Source: a virus
DNA length: 64,000 bases
Direction: 5' to 3' (one strand)
Virus record (IMG/VR): IMGVR_UViG_3300009093_000009
Part shown: one piece after another, positions 62,668 to 64,000 of the stretch
How positions within the stretch are numbered: position 1 is the first letter of the stretch
Layout of the letters: each line of letters opens with the position of its first letter
Made by a program: the position numbers and the translations under genes
The notes under the pieces: model-generated
Seen by the model: only the letters and a program-made list of their open reading frames with translations
Databases searched by the model: none
What the model was told of the DNA's origin: nothing

Positions 62668-62872
62668 TGCTCTTTCTCCCTGGATACACCTGTAGCTTGG
62701 ATGGAGGTATGGACATTCGGGATACGCCATGCCCTACTTCTACCCATTCGTATCCTTCTGCGTCGAACCATGTTCTTTCGACCATCGCGTATACGAATGG
62801 CATAAAGAAGCCTGGCTTTGCCTCGACGCATACGCCGTTAAGAAAGGTAGGAACTTTTTCCATTAACCACAT
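62657..62872 (-). CDS. Hypothetical protein upstream of the peptidase
   Basis: 71-aa ORF overlapping the peptidase start by 11 nt. Confidence 0.45.
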   Translation of the reverse strand: MWLMEKVPTFLNGVCVEAKPGFFMPFVYAMVERTWFDAEGYEWVEVGHGVSRMSIPPSKLQVYPGRKSNVR

Positions 62873-62898
62873 CCTTTCTCCATGGTATAAGTGTCTAC

Positions 62899-62927
62899 TT
62901 GTACCGGCAGGAGTTTTGTATTATACT
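62899..62927 (+). promoter_or_regulatory. Sigma70-type promoter facing the tRNA fragment
   Basis: TTGTAC (62899-62904), 17-nt spacer, TATACT (62922-62927). Preceded by GTCTAC. About 50 nt upstream of the tRNA-like 5' end. Confidence 0.55.
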
Positions 62928-62976
62928 CTTTCCATCACCCGGCTTGAGTTCAGGAGCAATGGTATCGGCGTCGTTT

Positions 62977-63018
62977 GGGCGGTTGGCTCAGTGGTAGAGC
63001 ACTTCGTTCACACCGAAA
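62977..63018 (+). tRNA. 5' portion only of a tRNA-Val(CAC)-like sequence (acceptor 5' strand, D arm, anticodon arm); candidate attP core
   Basis: GGGCGGT TG GCTC AGTGGTA GAGC A CTTCG TTCACAC CGAAA. No T arm and no ACCGCCC 3' acceptor strand downstream. Adjacent to the integrase. Confidence 0.6.
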
Positions 63019-63120
63019 ATCGGTGGAATGGATAGCCGTTTTCATACTGCTTGAACCTGTTCACACCTTCCATCGATGCCCCAAAATGCCTCTCCTGCGC
63101 TCTCTGCCGGGTGTAAGTAC

Positions 63121-63330
63121 CTATTTCGGCTGAACCATTTTCTTCAAGGCTTTTTCGCACCGCTTACATTTATCGACATTGAAAAAGTCGGGCGACCATA
63201 CGCTTCTCCTAATACCGCAGGCTGATTTGCTGATGTGTTTGAAGACTGCGTGCAATGGTTTCCCGGCAACCTGATACCAACTGTATCCCGGTGTGTTGAC
63301 CCATTCAAAGTCGATGCCTTCGGTCGGCAT
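63121..63330 (-). CDS. Small Cys-containing protein divergent from the integrase (possible directionality factor)
   Basis: 69-aa ORF between the att-like site and int. C...CKRC. No excisionase motif recognised. Confidence 0.4.
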   Translation of the reverse strand: MPTEGIDFEWVNTPGYSWYQVAGKPLHAVFKHISKSACGIRRSVWSPDFFNVDKCKRCEKALKKMVQPK

Positions 63331-63356
63331 AGGAAATCCTTTCTAGGAGAGAAATA

Positions 63357-64000
63357 TGCCTGCACCATCCAATTCCCTCACTCACCTGCTCACCCGATAT
63401 GTGGAAGCCATGTCGAGCGTCGAAGGTAAATCCAAGACCACTATCAAGAGCTACCAGAACCGGCTCCGCATCTTCGTTCGATGGGCTGGCGATGGAGCCA
63501 CGCTCGATGCTGTCACGGAGAGCACGCTGTACGACTTTCTCGACTACCTGAACGCCCGTAAGACCGATGACGGCAGGCCCATCTGCAAGACGACCGTGAA
63601 CACCTTCTTTAATGCGCTCAGAGCGTTTGGCGCATGGCTGGTAGTCCGTCGTTATTGGCAGGAAAACATCGTGGCAGCAGTGAAGATACCGGATCGCTCC
63701 GAACCCGACCGCCGCTATGTCGAAGATCAGACCGTGACCGATCTTCTCTCTGCCTGCAACAAAATCTATCCACTACGACGGTCCCTGATGGCAACCTTAG
63801 TCATCAGGCTTCTCTGCTACAGCGGCATCAGGCGAAGCGAACTGCTCAACATGCACCTGGATCATATCAATATCAGGGCCAACGAAATCACGATCCATCA
63901 TGGTAAGGGAGATAAGACGCGCGTGCTTGGACTGCATCCTGAAATCCGATCCGCCTATCTTGCGTGGAGAACCGCTCGTGGAGAGTGCCATAATCCCAAT
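63357..64000 (+). CDS. int: Tyrosine recombinase/integrase, N-terminal two-thirds (3' end outside the window)
   Basis: Hand translation gives MPAPSNSLTHLLTRYVEAM...KTTIKSYQNRLRIFVRW (SAM-like N domain), CYSGIRRSELLNM (catalytic Arg box), HHGKGDKTRV (Lys beta-hairpin). AGGAGAG RBS. Open to the window end. Confidence 0.85.

Larger units (their letters stand above)
1..64000. mobile_element. Temperate siphovirus-type (pro)phage genome, apparently near full length
   Basis: Continuous phage gene content: integrase, CI/Cro switch, replication/recombination genes, terminase-portal-protease-capsid, lysis, tail, cargo. tRNA fragment lies next to the integrase. No recognisable host housekeeping genes. 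Confidence 0.85.

Noticed and set aside
62977-63060. A complete tRNA gene
   Set aside because: Only the acceptor 5' strand, D arm and anticodon arm can be drawn. No T-stem pairing (GGTGG is followed by AATGGATAGCC) and no 3' acceptor strand complementary to GGGCGGT. No group I intron-like insert was seen.

Overview
The 64-kb window reads as one temperate, lambda-like siphovirus genome, either a prophage or a circularly permuted phage contig. No clear host genes are visible. Functional calls come from motif recognition by eye; no database search or folding program was run.

Layout:
(i) The 3' end of a tyrosine integrase lies at the left edge and the 5' two-thirds of one at the right edge. These are probably one gene split by the window.
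(ii) A leftward arm (6876 down to 288) is headed by a Cro-like HTH gene. It includes a primase-polymerase, a DUF559 endonuclease and a ParB-like protein.
(iii) A rightward CI-like double-HTH repressor sits at 7102-7683.
(iv) A second leftward arm of about 17.5 kb (25103 down to 7655) holds some 35 tightly coupled, mostly unknown genes. Recognisable ones are DUF932, SSB, a frame-interrupted Spo11/TopoVI-A-like protein, an SF1 helicase and a Rad52-type annealase.
(v) A non-coding control region of about 890 bp (25104-25992) has nested inverted repeats and alternating purine-pyrimidine tracts.
(vi) A rightward late arm (25993-60895) starts with a PD-(D/E)xK-like protein, a ParB-methyltransferase fusion, small and large terminase, portal, S49 prohead protease and a lambda-E-like capsid. 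An unusual envelope block follows: a membrane coiled-coil protein, amidase, holin-like protein, HNH, and three large Sec-signal proteins (beta-helix, SGNH esterase, Ig-like). Then come neck genes, the major tail protein, a G/GT-type chaperone with a -1 slippery site, an antisense superinfection-immunity moron, the tape measure, tail tip proteins and a BNR-propeller fibre.
(vii) AT-richer leftward cargo operons (60774-62872) include a papain-family C1 peptidase. A promoter-preceded 5' half of tRNA-Val(CAC) lies next to the integrase and is a candidate attP.

The most striking non-genic signal is an 18-22 bp palindrome (TGYGACCC NN GGGTCRCA) present 11 times. It nearly always sits just upstream of the ribosome-binding site of the first gene of a module, and twice it is embedded in a larger terminator-like hairpin.
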